Of a stretch of DNA of 64,000 bases, positions 49,987 to 60,076 are shown piece by piece. Location of the stretch: NCBI GenBank assembly GCA_965220085.1, contig CBDCOZ010000003.1:928001-992000 (forward strand), read 5' to 3'. This stretch comes from Candidatus Oxydemutatoraceae bacterium. Lineage in GTDB: Bacteria; Pseudomonadota; Gammaproteobacteria; Poriferisulfidales; Oxydemutatoraceae. Numbering within the stretch: position 1 is the stretch's first letter; the number at the start of each line of letters is the position of its first letter. The notes under the pieces are model-generated. The model did not search any database, had not been told where the DNA came from, and was given only the letters and a program-made list of their open reading frames with translations. A program made the position numbers and the translations under genes.

Positions 49987-50799
49987 TTAATTGTGCAAAA
50001 TCAGGATTTCGCCTTTGCCGTTTGCGGCACAGTCGCCGACATAACGGTTTGCCAGCTTTGGCAAGGGCAAGGGTTCAAAGCCGATGTCAAGCTTTTGCAA
50101 GTAGTTTGACAGTAAGGTCAGGAACTCGGTTTCAAAGTATTTATTCTGGTTGATAAAGGTCTGGGGCAGGCCGCCCTGCGGTAATTGACGCAGGATGATG
50201 CTCCCTCTTTTGATTCCTTGTGCGCAAGAATTGCCGCATTGTCCGGAGACGATGACTGTGCCGGCTTTCATCCGTGAAGCGCAGAAAGCTCCCGCATCAC
50301 CGCGTATTGCAATCAGGCCGCGACGCATATGGTCGCCGCTGCGCTCGCCCGCATTGCCCAGCACAAAAATTTCGCCGCCGCGCATTCCTTGTATGGCTCC
50401 TGTTACCGCACCGCCGCAAAAGTCGCCTGCATTGTTGTGCACGATGACGCGCCCGCCGCTCATGGCATGGCCGCAAAAGTTGCCGACATGCCCGCGCACC
50501 CGTATCACTCCTCCGGACAGTTTGGCTGCGGTATAGTGGCCGACATCGCCGGTGACTTGCAACTCGCCTTGGGTCATCGCTGCGCCGACATAATTGAGCT
50601 GCTTACAAGCGCCGGTAATTTCCAACGCTTCTTTTGTGTCCTGTATTACTTCGAACAGATCGCCGACACGGATAGTGTCTCCGGCTGCTTTCAATGTTTG
50701 CCTCTCAATCTCCGAAATGCTCTGCTGCTGACAAAACTCAGGCGTCAGCGGCGACATATCAACACTGTTATCGGGTTTGTTTTTCAGTCTCAATTTCAT
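49987..50799 (-). CDS. fhcC: Formyltransferase/hydrolase complex subunit C (FwdC-like)
   Basis: GXGXG beta-helix repeats (GMRGG, HMRRG); C-terminal GD...GKGEILI; start MKLRLK overlaps the fhcD stop. Confidence 0.92.
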   Translation of the reverse strand: MKLRLKNKPDNSVDMSPLTPEFCQQQSISEIERQTLKAAGDTIRVGDLFEVIQDTKEALEITGACKQLNYVGAAMTQGELQVTGDVGHYTAAKLSGGVIRVRGHVGNFCGHAMSGGRVIVHNNAGDFCGGAVTGAIQGMRGGEIFVLGNAGERSGDHMRRGLIAIRGDAGAFCASRMKAGTVIVSGQCGNSCAQGIKRGSIILRQLPQGGLPQTFINQNKYFETEFLTLLSNYLQKLDIGFEPLPLPKLANRYVGDCAANGKGEILILHN

Positions 50800-51719
50800 G
50801 CGCCCATGATTTCCCACAAATGAAAGTGATAGGGGCCGAGCCGCCCGTCGTAATGGCCGGCGGTAATAGTCGTAATGCCTTGCGCCAGCCCGAGTTCGCA
50901 GACAGCGCTGATGCCGATGCGCATCGCATTGATGATGTCCTGCACGCTCAAGCCGTCGATCACCACCTCCATCGTTGCGGTCGTATCGTCGCGCAAGTTC
51001 GTCGGCACCAACCCCTTGAGTGTCGGGCAATAGGATTCGTGGGTGGATGCGCTAAGCCAGCTATAGCGCGAGCCGACTTTGGAGCCGGAGCGCACGCCGC
51101 CGCCCGGGAAGGGCATAATCAGGTTGGGTAAGCTGGATATCGCATCGATCGCCGCTTCGCAGGCCTGCAATGCCTGCGTCATTGACTTTGCCATAATCAG
51201 AAAGTTGCCGCCGCCGATCGCATTGACCGAGGAAGTGCTTTCTTCGCATAAGAACTCTCCGTCCATAACGGGTATGCGCCAGTATCGTTTGTCTCCGATG
51301 ACCTTTGATATCTGATAGCCGTCCCCGAAGTAGCGTATATATTTACCGAGTGGCAAATCTTTTTCTCCGCCCTCAACGCCCGCAAACACCGCGCTGGTCG
51401 GGCATGTGAGTACACATTGTGCGACGCGTTTGGTCAGTTGCTCCGATAGTGCTTTGGTCGAGATGGCAAACAGCAACACCGAGAAGCCGGTGCGCCCGTC
51501 GGGCGTTTCGGACGGCTTCATTTTGCGCTCGATCCCGGCCTCGACATCACAGCCGATGACCGACGTCGCAAAGCCGACCATCGTATTGGCGGCGTTCTTC
51601 GCCCACTTGTAATTCATCGCCGTGATGATGATTCTGGTGGCGACCATCGGGAACGCCTCGGCAAAGGTGTCTTTTATCTCGACACCGTTTATAACGATGC
51701 CTTTTAGTGGGACTGACAT
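50796..51719 (-). CDS. fhcD: Formylmethanofuran--tetrahydromethanopterin N-formyltransferase
   Basis: DTFAEAF, TSVIGC..EAGIE, TPDGR, GGGNF, SGSKVGS. Confidence 0.95.
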   Translation of the reverse strand: MSVPLKGIVINGVEIKDTFAEAFPMVATRIIITAMNYKWAKNAANTMVGFATSVIGCDVEAGIERKMKPSETPDGRTGFSVLLFAISTKALSEQLTKRVAQCVLTCPTSAVFAGVEGGEKDLPLGKYIRYFGDGYQISKVIGDKRYWRIPVMDGEFLCEESTSSVNAIGGGNFLIMAKSMTQALQACEAAIDAISSLPNLIMPFPGGGVRSGSKVGSRYSWLSASTHESYCPTLKGLVPTNLRDDTTATMEVVIDGLSVQDIINAMRIGISAVCELGLAQGITTITAGHYDGRLGPYHFHLWEIMGA

Positions 51720-53323
51720 GGGTGTACTACTATGGGGCTGCCCATAGCCTCTGACATCTCATCATCACTGATGGCAATATTTTCAAACGCCCGATTGTGG
51801 TATTTCGCATAATACTTCTTCAATCGCTTTTCAATCGCGTCATCGTATTCCGGTTTGACCACATGGGTGCGACCTGTCGGTGCGGCGACTACTTGCCCGT
51901 CTTTGACGACAAGCTCTCCGTGCTTGAACACATACAGCGGTCTGGCGAACATCGCTTCCGGGTCTTGTGACGGCTCGTAGACGACAATATCCGCGTCCGC
52001 TCCGCTCCCAAGGTGTCCTTTGTTTTGGAGCCCCAGACTCTTTGCCGGCGCGGCACGCGTTACGATGGCAATTTCATACAGGCTGTATTCGCGATCAAGC
52101 TGTTTGAGCAGTGTCATCTCTTGCGCTTGCGGATGCAAGCGGCTGAGAATATCGTTGCGGTAGTTGCGTTGCATCAGCAGGGCAATCAGGTGCGGGTAGC
52201 TGTCAAACGGTCCGCCATTCGGGTGGTCGGTCGTCAGGAATACGCGCCACGGGTCTTGAGTCAGCAAAAATATTTCAAGTCCGATTGCCCATTGCAGCGC
52301 ATTGACGAAATTCTGGTCGCGGTACTTGAACGGCACCACGCCGCAACCGGCTTCACACTCAATATCCATTACGACCCATTTGTTTGGCGATGCATGGGCA
52401 CTGTTTAAGTACTGGTGCAGTGTATCGCTTGAGGTGGTCACCGTTTGACCGAACATGACTTGTCCCACATCGGTGGAAACATTCGTGTGCTTGTTGATAG
52501 CGTCGGCGATTTCCTGTGCCGCCGATGAAAATGCCCGCTTGCCTTCGGTGCCGTAGCTGTGAAACTGTACGTGGGTTAAATGCAAGGGACGTCCTTCGGC
52601 AGCGCCGATCGTTTTCAAAGTGCTCTCGTAGTTTCCCGGAACGCCGAGGTTGCTTGTATGCGTGTGCAAGGGGTGTGGTACGCCGAGTTCGTCCAGTGCC
52701 CGTGTCAGTGCCTGCACGACCGCTCTTGGGGTGACATCGTAATAAGGTGTGCGCTCATCTATGTCCAGACCGCGAACATTGAATTTGAATGCATTGATGC
52801 CTCCGGGGTTAACGACCTTGACCGCCAGTGCCTGTGTTGCATCAAGCGTCCAGCCGACATAGTCGCGGATTTCGTCATGACTTGCATTGTTGGCCAGCAG
52901 TTGCATGAAGAAATCGTCATTGCCGAGCATGACGTAAGCGCCGACATCCACGATCGGTGTGTCGGCCATTTCATAGTGTGCCTGACGGGAGTTAGCCGCT
53001 ATCATTGCCGGCTCAAAGCATGCGGTATAGCCCATTTCGGCGTAGCGCAGGCCTGTTTCCACAGTACCCGGCACGATGAGGTCATCGCTCTGTTGTTCGC
53101 ACATCATGCAGCGCGCAATATTGACCTTGCCGCCGCCGATATGCGTGTGAATATCAATTGCACCGGGCATGATGACTTTGCCGCTGACATCGTACTCCTT
53201 AACCGGTTCGGAGGGGGCTGTTGTCGCTTCAATAATCTTGCCGTCCTGTACCAGCACATCGCGCACTTCGCCGTTGATATTATTGAGCGGGTCATAAACC
53301 GTTCCGCCGCATAGTTTCAGCAT
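51704..53323 (-). CDS. fhcA: Formyltransferase/hydrolase complex subunit A (amidohydrolase, FwdA-like)
   Basis: DIHTHI, KVVNPGG, TTDHPNGGPF. Confidence 0.94.
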   Translation of the reverse strand: MLKLCGGTVYDPLNNINGEVRDVLVQDGKIIEATTAPSEPVKEYDVSGKVIMPGAIDIHTHIGGGKVNIARCMMCEQQSDDLIVPGTVETGLRYAEMGYTACFEPAMIAANSRQAHYEMADTPIVDVGAYVMLGNDDFFMQLLANNASHDEIRDYVGWTLDATQALAVKVVNPGGINAFKFNVRGLDIDERTPYYDVTPRAVVQALTRALDELGVPHPLHTHTSNLGVPGNYESTLKTIGAAEGRPLHLTHVQFHSYGTEGKRAFSSAAQEIADAINKHTNVSTDVGQVMFGQTVTTSSDTLHQYLNSAHASPNKWVVMDIECEAGCGVVPFKYRDQNFVNALQWAIGLEIFLLTQDPWRVFLTTDHPNGGPFDSYPHLIALLMQRNYRNDILSRLHPQAQEMTLLKQLDREYSLYEIAIVTRAAPAKSLGLQNKGHLGSGADADIVVYEPSQDPEAMFARPLYVFKHGELVVKDGQVVAAPTGRTHVVKPEYDDAIEKRLKKYYAKYHNRAFENIAISDDEMSEAMGSPIVVHPCQSH

Positions 53324-54582
53324 TGTATCGCTCCGTTGCTTGGCAGTTGCTGCCGGATACCCGCAAGAACCTCTGTCGCGGAGGGCAATTCGGTTTGTCT
53401 GAGTTGTTTTAGCGGCACCATGACAACATTGTCGGTGCGGAATATGTGCCCGTTATGGTCTATGCCCGGAATGCCGACGGGGATATGTACCGCCGCCGGT
53501 TTTGCCGGGACGACATCCGGGCGGGTAATCGCAATCAGAGGGATATCGCAATCCGGAGGCGGGTCGGGGTGTAACGCTGCCGTCCAGATTAACAAATCAC
53601 TTGTCTTGTTGGCGAGCAGATCGGATGTTGCGTACTGTGAGGGGTCATAAGTCGGTGGTGTTGTGCCGAAATCGGTGCGAATCGGCAAACCGCTTTGCCA
53701 CAGGCACACATTGTTGAGGGTTGTACTGTTACCGCTCAGGGGCAAACCCACGCAACGTGTTTCTTTGTTGAAATGTTTGGTCAGGCCTGCGAGTGTTTCA
53801 ACGGTCAAGTCAGCGTGCGGCTGTTGCAAATCACCGGTGTCCCACAGTAGTGCGGTGTAAGCCGAGCTCTTAATTTTATCAACGATGCGCAACAGCGCTT
53901 TGCCGGTTTCGTGTTCCGGCGAGTGGCCGTTGGCAACCGCTGCCAGCATCTGTACACAATCCGGTATCTCTTCTGCCGATACATTGACGGCCTCAAACAG
54001 ATTTTCTTGCAAGTCGTCGGGGATGCGGTCTTGCCATGGCCCGATGAGCACAACTTCCGGTTCGGCGTTTTCATGAAAAAGTCTTGGCCCGGTCAGCACA
54101 CGCTCCACTACGCGCGGGTAGCGGTCTAATATCTGATTGCCGATGACGATGATGAAATCGGCGCGTGTTCTGACTTCGGCCAGTGTTGTCAGCACCCAGC
54201 CGCTATTCTGCAATATTCTGGTATTGCACGCGCTGGCATCGCCATCGCTGTGATCCACAATGCCGCCGCACGCTCTGGCAAGCTTGAGGACTTCCCGCGC
54301 ACCTTCAACATCCAGTGATGCGCTACTCAGCAGGGGCCGTTTTGCCGCTTGAATCAGGTGCGCCGCTTCTGCGACAGCTGCATCAAGCGTAGTGCTTTTG
54401 CCGTCTATTGTCGGCGGCGCGTTGGTGCTCTCTGCGGCACTGTTCTCAAAGTATGCGCGGCAAGTCACGGGCAATGTCTTTGTGGCTTCCAAAGTATGTC
54501 CTTTGCAACTTACCTCAAGGTCGTCGCAAGCAAGCCCGCAAAAAGGGCAAGTCACATTATGAGAGGCGGTGTGTTCGTTCAT
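53317..54582 (-). CDS. fhcB: Formyltransferase/hydrolase complex subunit B (FwdB-like)
   Basis: CPFCGLACDDL, TTLAEVRTRAD, PGIDHNGHIFRTD; first gene of the BADC order. Confidence 0.9.
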   Translation of the reverse strand: MNEHTASHNVTCPFCGLACDDLEVSCKGHTLEATKTLPVTCRAYFENSAAESTNAPPTIDGKSTTLDAAVAEAAHLIQAAKRPLLSSASLDVEGAREVLKLARACGGIVDHSDGDASACNTRILQNSGWVLTTLAEVRTRADFIIVIGNQILDRYPRVVERVLTGPRLFHENAEPEVVLIGPWQDRIPDDLQENLFEAVNVSAEEIPDCVQMLAAVANGHSPEHETGKALLRIVDKIKSSAYTALLWDTGDLQQPHADLTVETLAGLTKHFNKETRCVGLPLSGNSTTLNNVCLWQSGLPIRTDFGTTPPTYDPSQYATSDLLANKTSDLLIWTAALHPDPPPDCDIPLIAITRPDVVPAKPAAVHIPVGIPGIDHNGHIFRTDNVVMVPLKQLRQTELPSATEVLAGIRQQLPSNGAIQC

Positions 54583-54744
54583 GGTTGATATTGGGGGCAC
54601 CCTGTATCAAGGTACAGCGTTTTTATGTTTTGAGTGGCATATTATACGCATAAACAGGTATTGTTGTTTGTTGCGAGCGCCGGCCCGATAATGCCCGAAA
54701 TATTGCGGATTCCTGATATCAACACAAGCCGCGAAGAATGCCCG

Positions 54745-55245
54745 AAACATGCCGGATTCTTGGCTTTAACAAAGGCCGACAGGCAATATCAGCATATCGG
54801 AAACGCCGCCGCAACCTGCCGCCGGAGGCGGTCGCAGAGATTTGACAAAAAAGCGCTTGCAAAGGACTCACTTTGTGGTATAGTGCACGGAATCCATGAA
54901 AAAAGGAGGGCAACGCTTGAACTTAGAAATGACCGAATTTATGAAACAGTGCGACATTAAACAGTTGCATGGAGCACAAACAGTGATGGAACGCAAACAA
55001 TTTAAGAAATCACAAACAACAAAGTTGTTTGTGCTCTTACTACTGTGCTCTTACTACCGTGCCTCATCAAATGTTGCTTGTGCACATATGCCGTACGGTC
55101 ACATCTATCAGGAGTAAAACAATGATCCAACAAAACAACATGAAATTACGAATTACTAATACTACCCCCCCCCCCCCCCCCCCCTCCTTCGCATAGGCGG
55201 ACAGCGCTAACTCGGCTTAGTCTCTGGTCGCTGGTTCTGCCGGCG
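54745..55245 (+). repeat. Upstream/leader region duplicated at ~56705-57288
   Basis: Shared blocks such as GCTTGCAAAGGACTCACTTTGTGGTATAGTGCAC and CACATATGCCGTACGGTCACATC.. TCAGGAGTAAAACAATGAT. Confidence 0.85.
54857..54884 (+). promoter_or_regulatory. Putative sigma70 promoter; identical copy at 56819-56846
   Basis: TTGCAA-16 bp-TATAGT with TG extension, upstream of both poly-C genes. Confidence 0.55.
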
Positions 55246-56454
55246 TTGTTTGCTTGCGCTTGTATCTTCGCCGCGAGCGCCGCACACGCACAAGCCGCTT
55301 GCCCCGCCGGGCAAACGCGAGTCACGAATCAGGCCGGCGCCACCGGTTGCTTTCTTGATGCCAATGTCAAAATTCTGACGGACTGTGAAAACAGCGGATG
55401 GATTGGTCGCGAAGATGTGGCTCTGCCCCCCGATACAGGTTTAGCCTGCGCCATTCGCAGCAGGTTGTTGGGGGGATTAGGCTCTAGCGGCCCGAGCGCA
55501 GGGTTGTGCCTGATTGTCACCGACAATACTTTTCTTCCCACTGTTTTTCCCTCTTGCACCGCAATGTACGGTAACCCGCCGGTTTTTCCGAAAGCGGAGG
55601 ACCATCCTAATGTTGTCAGCCCGATACACCCGAGCGTGGATGGTAGCGGAGATGATTATTTCCACGCAAACTGCGATCGTGACGGGGGTGTCCCCGGCGG
55701 TTATCCGCCGGACCACAACATCAATGGCGAAACCGAATGCGCCTGCGATTTGGACTCGCACATCGGCGAATGGCCGGACTGCGTTGCCGCGCCGGATTTG
55801 ACCCGCGCCCAACGGCAGGGGGTTGGCACATGCGCGAGTCAAGGGTGGAATGTTTCCACCGCCACTGACGCCATCAAATGCGAAATTCCGCTGACTTCGG
55901 GCGGGATGGATTTTCCCGGCGGTTGCTTTTTTGACGAGGGTACGCCGCTGTGCGCGGATGTGTTCGGAGAGACATACGCCTTTCCGGATGGAACTTCGCC
56001 GACGCTCGTGCGGAGTCTTTACGACGGCTTTAACGCCATAAGCTCAGATTCCGCAGAGGTCAGAACCGCGGCGAGAGTTTATCGGGATGCGGTTTTGGCG
56101 CGATACGAAGGCGACCCGAACTATCTTGTCGCGCCGCTCGCCAACATAGAGGGCAACTCCGACAACAATAATCTGGCAATTGTCCGCAGCGTGTTGTTGC
56201 CAGTGTTCTCCGCGAACGACAAGATTCCTTTTGACTTTGTGGGAAGCGGGACAACCGACGCAGAGCGCCTTGCGGCGTTGCCCGGCTTAATCACGGCGGC
56301 GTTTGAGATGATTCCGGTTCGGGACCCGTATGTTTTCAACTGCGGCGCGGGCATGATTCCGGCAACGGTCAACACTGTCGGCGCGACGGAATGCGCTCGC
56401 CAACTGGACCTGCGCTTGCGCTTGCGCGTTTTCCTTGAAGGCCCGTTGCGGTAG
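55122..56454 (+). pseudogene. Cys-rich exported protein, copy 1; frameshifted at the poly-C tract (phase-OFF state or sequencing error)
   Basis: AGGAG RBS and ATG at 55122 are out of frame with the body (ORF 55246..56454); C20 at 55165-55184 plus TCCT leads to TAG at 55194. Confidence 0.8.
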
Positions 56455-56840
56455 CGCGAGTGCTCCCCTTGCAGGACTTGTGCGCACACTCCCCTTGCGG
56501 GAGTCGACAAGCTAAGGGGGCTGGCGGGTAGCCTGACTACTCCGACACGTTGCTATCGCACCATCCCCGCAGGCGCACTGGCGGGAGTGTTGGGTGCGCA
56601 AGCGATATGTGAACACTGCTTAAAGCATGTTTAAGCGGAGGGAAGGGGAGTATTATGGGCGCACAAGGGGAGACAGATACGCTTGCAAATGACTGAAACA
56701 TGTCGGAAACATGCCGGATTGCCGGCTTCGGCAAAGGCCGACAGGCAATAGCAACGCATCGGCAACGCCGCCGCAAGCGGTCGCCGGAGGCGGTCGTTGC
56801 GATTTGAAAAAAAAGCGCTTGCAAAGGACTCACTTTGTGG

Positions 56841-56966
56841 TATAGTGCACGAAATCCATAAGGGGAGAGCAACAGTTGGACTTGTAAATAACTGAACTTA
56901 TGATATAGTGCACGGAATCCATAAGAGGAGAGCAACGATTGAACTTATAAATGACGGAATTTATGA
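56841..56966 (+). repeat. Two tandem 63-bp units beginning at the -10 element
   Basis: TATAGTGCACG..ATCCATAAG.GGAGAGCAAC... at 56841 and 56904; a single unit upstream of copy 1. Confidence 0.85.
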
Positions 56967-57164
56967 TATGGTGCGCCATTAAACAATCCACAAATAGTTT
57001 ATGGAATACAAACAATTTGAAGAAACCACAGACAATTAGATTAAACACACACAAACAACCGAGTGTTGTTTGTGCCTCTTATTACTGTGCTCTCATATCG
57101 TTTGTAGCTTCTTATGTTGCTTGCGCACATATGCCGTACGGTCACATCTTTCAGGAGTAAAACA

Positions 57165-58490
57165 ATGATACAACAAAACAACATGAAATTACGAATTACT
57201 AATACTACCCCCCCCCCCCCCCCCCCCTCGCATAGGCGGACAGCGCTAACTCGGCTTAGCCTCCGGGCGCTGGTTCTGCCGGCGCTGTTTGCTTGCGCTT
57301 GTATCTTCGCCGCGAGCGCCGCACACGCACAAGCCGCTTGCCCCGCCGGGCAAATGCGAGTCACGAATCAGGCCGGCGCCACCGGTTGCTTTCTTGATGC
57401 CAATATCAAAATTCTGACGGACTGTGAAAACAGCGGATGGATTGGTCGCGAAACTAGGGGGGTAACCCCCGCCGTAGGCTTAGCCTGTAGCATTCGCAGT
57501 AGATTGCTTAGGAGGCTCGTCCTTGGCGGCCAGAGCGCAGAGCTGTGCGTAATTGCCACCACCAATACTAGTGTGATCGATTTTATTCCCTTTTGCACTA
57601 CAATGTACGGTAACCCGCCGGTTTTTCCACAAGCGGAGGACCATCCTAATGTTAGCAGCCCGATACATCCGAGCGTGAATAACAGCGGAAAGGACTATTT
57701 CGTGGCAAACTGCGATCATGGCGGGGATGTCCCCGGCGGTTATCCGCCGACCCACAACCTCAACGGCGCAACCGAATGCTCCTGCGATTTGGACTCGCAC
57801 ATCGGCGAATACCCGAACTGCGTTGCCGCGCCGGACTTAACCCGCGCCCAACGGGAGGGGGTTGGCACATGCGCGAGTCAAGGGTGGAATGTTTCCACCG
57901 CCACCGATGCCATCAAATGCGAAATCCCGCTGACTTCGGGCGGGGCGGACTTTGACGGCTGCTTTTTTGACGAGGGCACGCTGCTGTGCGCGGATGTGTT
58001 CGGAGAGACATACGCCTTTCCGGATGGAACTTCGCCGACGCTCGTGCGGAGTCTTTACGACAGCTTTAACGCCATAAGATCAGATAACGCCGAGGTCAGA
58101 ACCGCGGCGAGAGTTTATCGGGATGCGGTTTTGGCGCGGTACGAAAGCGACCCGAACTATCTTGTCGCGCCGCTCGCCAACATAGAGGGCAACTCCGACA
58201 ACAATAATCTGGCAATTGTCCGCAGCGTGTTGTTGCCAGTGTTCTCCGCGAACGACATGATTCCTTTTGACTTTGTGGGAAGCGGGACAACCGACGCAGA
58301 GCGCCTTGCGGCGTTGCCCGGCTTAATCACGGCGGCGTTTGACATGATTCCGGTTCGGGACCCATATGTTTTCAACTGCGGAGCGGGCATGATTCCGGCA
58401 ACGGTCAACACTGTCGGCGCGACGGAATGCGTTCGCCAACTGGACCTGCGCTTGCGGTTGCGCCTCTTTCTGGAAGGCCCGTTGCGGTAG
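57165..58490 (+). CDS. Cys-rich exported protein, copy 2; poly-C tract in frame
   Basis: AGGAG RBS; C20 at 57208-57227 reads T-P6; signal peptide ending AHA-QAA; ends LRLRLRLFLEGPLR. Confidence 0.85.
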   Translation: MIQQNNMKLRITNTTPPPPPPSHRRTALTRLSLRALVLPALFACACIFAASAAHAQAACPAGQMRVTNQAGATGCFLDANIKILTDCENSGWIGRETRGVTPAVGLACSIRSRLLRRLVLGGQSAELCVIATTNTSVIDFIPFCTTMYGNPPVFPQAEDHPNVSSPIHPSVNNSGKDYFVANCDHGGDVPGGYPPTHNLNGATECSCDLDSHIGEYPNCVAAPDLTRAQREGVGTCASQGWNVSTATDAIKCEIPLTSGGADFDGCFFDEGTLLCADVFGETYAFPDGTSPTLVRSLYDSFNAIRSDNAEVRTAARVYRDAVLARYESDPNYLVAPLANIEGNSDNNNLAIVRSVLLPVFSANDMIPFDFVGSGTTDAERLAALPGLITAAFDMIPVRDPYVFNCGAGMIPATVNTVGATECVRQLDLRLRLRLFLEGPLR

Positions 58491-58638
58491 CGCGGGTAAC
58501 CGGCGGCAGAGTAAGAAGAGTGTTATGAGGCGCACAAGAAGATGAGACAGGATCCAAAGATACTTGCGAATGACTTTGTGGCGGAAGCGCTCCTTGCGCA
58601 ACTGCCTTCACGAAACATAAACCAGAAGGAGAATTACT

Positions 58639-59931
58639 ATGAACTGCCAAATTTCTGATACTGCCCCTCGGCATCGGCGGGCAACGCTGACCCGGCTTAG
58701 TTTCCGGGCGCTGGTTCTGCCGGCGCTGTTTGCTTGCGCTTGTATCTTCGCCGCGAGCGCCGCACACGCACAAGCCGCTTGCCCCGCCGGGCAAACGCGA
58801 GTCACGAATCAGGCCGGCGCCACCGGTTGCTTTCTTGATGCCAATGTCAAAATTCTGACGGACTGTGAAAACAGCGGCTGGGTTGGTCGCGAAGATGCGG
58901 CTCTGCCCCCCGACACAGGTTTAGCCTGCGCCATTCGTAGCAGACTGTTGAGGGGATTAGGCTCTGGCGGCTCTAGCTCAGGGTTGTGTCTGATTGTCAC
59001 CGACAATGCTGTTTTCCCCACTTTTATTCCCTTTTGCACCGCAATGTACGGTACCCCGCCGGTTTTTCCGAAAGCGGAGGACCATCCTAATGTTGTCAGC
59101 CCGATACATCCGAGAGTGGATGGCAGCGGAAATGATTATTTCCACGCAAATTGCGATCGTGACGGGGGCGTCCCCGGCGGCTATCCGCCGGACCACAACC
59201 TCAACGGCGCAACCGAATGCTCCTGCGATTTGGACTCGCACATCGGCGAATACCCGAACTGCGTTGCCGCGCCGGACTTAACCCGCGCCCAACGGGAGGG
59301 GGTTGGCACATGCGCGAGTCAAGGGTGGAATGTTTCCACCGCCACCGATGCCATCAAATGCGAAATCCCGCTGACTTCGGGCGGGATGGACTTTGACGGC
59401 TGCTTTTTTGACGAGGGTACGCCGCTGTGCGCGGATGTGTTCGGAGAGACATACGCCTTTCCGGATGGAACTTCGCCGACGCTCGTGCGGAGTCTTTACG
59501 ACAGCTTTAACGCCATAAGATCAGATAACGCCGAGGTCAGAACCGCGGCGAGAGTTTATCGGGATGCGGTTTTGGCGCGGTACGAAAGCGACCCGAACTA
59601 TCTTGTCGCGCCGCTCGCCAACATAGAGGGCAACTCCGACAACAATAATCTGGCAATTGTCCGCGGCGTGTTGTTGCCAGTATTTTCCGCGAACGACATG
59701 ATTCCTTTTGACTTTGTGGGAAGCGGGACAACCGACGCAGAGCGCCTTGCGGCGTTGCCCGGCTTAATCACGGCGGCGTTTGACATGATTCCGGTTCGGG
59801 AGCCGTATGTTTTCAACTGCGGCGCGGGCATGATTCCGGCAACGGTCAACACTGTCGGCGCGACGGAATGCGCTCGCCAACTGGACCTGCGCTTGCGGTT
59901 GCGCGTTTTCCTGGAAGGGCCGTTGCGGTAG
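58639..59931 (+). CDS. Cys-rich exported protein, copy 3; no poly-C tract
   Basis: AAGGAG RBS; same signal peptide core; ends LRLRLRVFLEGPLR. Confidence 0.88.
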   Translation: MNCQISDTAPRHRRATLTRLSFRALVLPALFACACIFAASAAHAQAACPAGQTRVTNQAGATGCFLDANVKILTDCENSGWVGREDAALPPDTGLACAIRSRLLRGLGSGGSSSGLCLIVTDNAVFPTFIPFCTAMYGTPPVFPKAEDHPNVVSPIHPRVDGSGNDYFHANCDRDGGVPGGYPPDHNLNGATECSCDLDSHIGEYPNCVAAPDLTRAQREGVGTCASQGWNVSTATDAIKCEIPLTSGGMDFDGCFFDEGTPLCADVFGETYAFPDGTSPTLVRSLYDSFNAIRSDNAEVRTAARVYRDAVLARYESDPNYLVAPLANIEGNSDNNNLAIVRGVLLPVFSANDMIPFDFVGSGTTDAERLAALPGLITAAFDMIPVREPYVFNCGAGMIPATVNTVGATECARQLDLRLRLRVFLEGPLR

Positions 59932-60076
59932 CGCGAGTAACCGACGGAGCAGGAGAGTGTTATGAGATGCACAAGAGGATGAGACAGGATCCAAAGATAC
60001 TTGCGGATGACTTTGCGGCGGAGAAGGGGAGTGTTATGAGGCGTAAGAGGATGAGACAGGATGTGAAGTATGTACA

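Noticed and set aside
55400-59210. Diversity-generating retroelement acting on the paralogues or on the FGE-domain gene
   Set aside because: Differences are not adenine-specific, and there is no reverse transcriptase or template repeat in the window.
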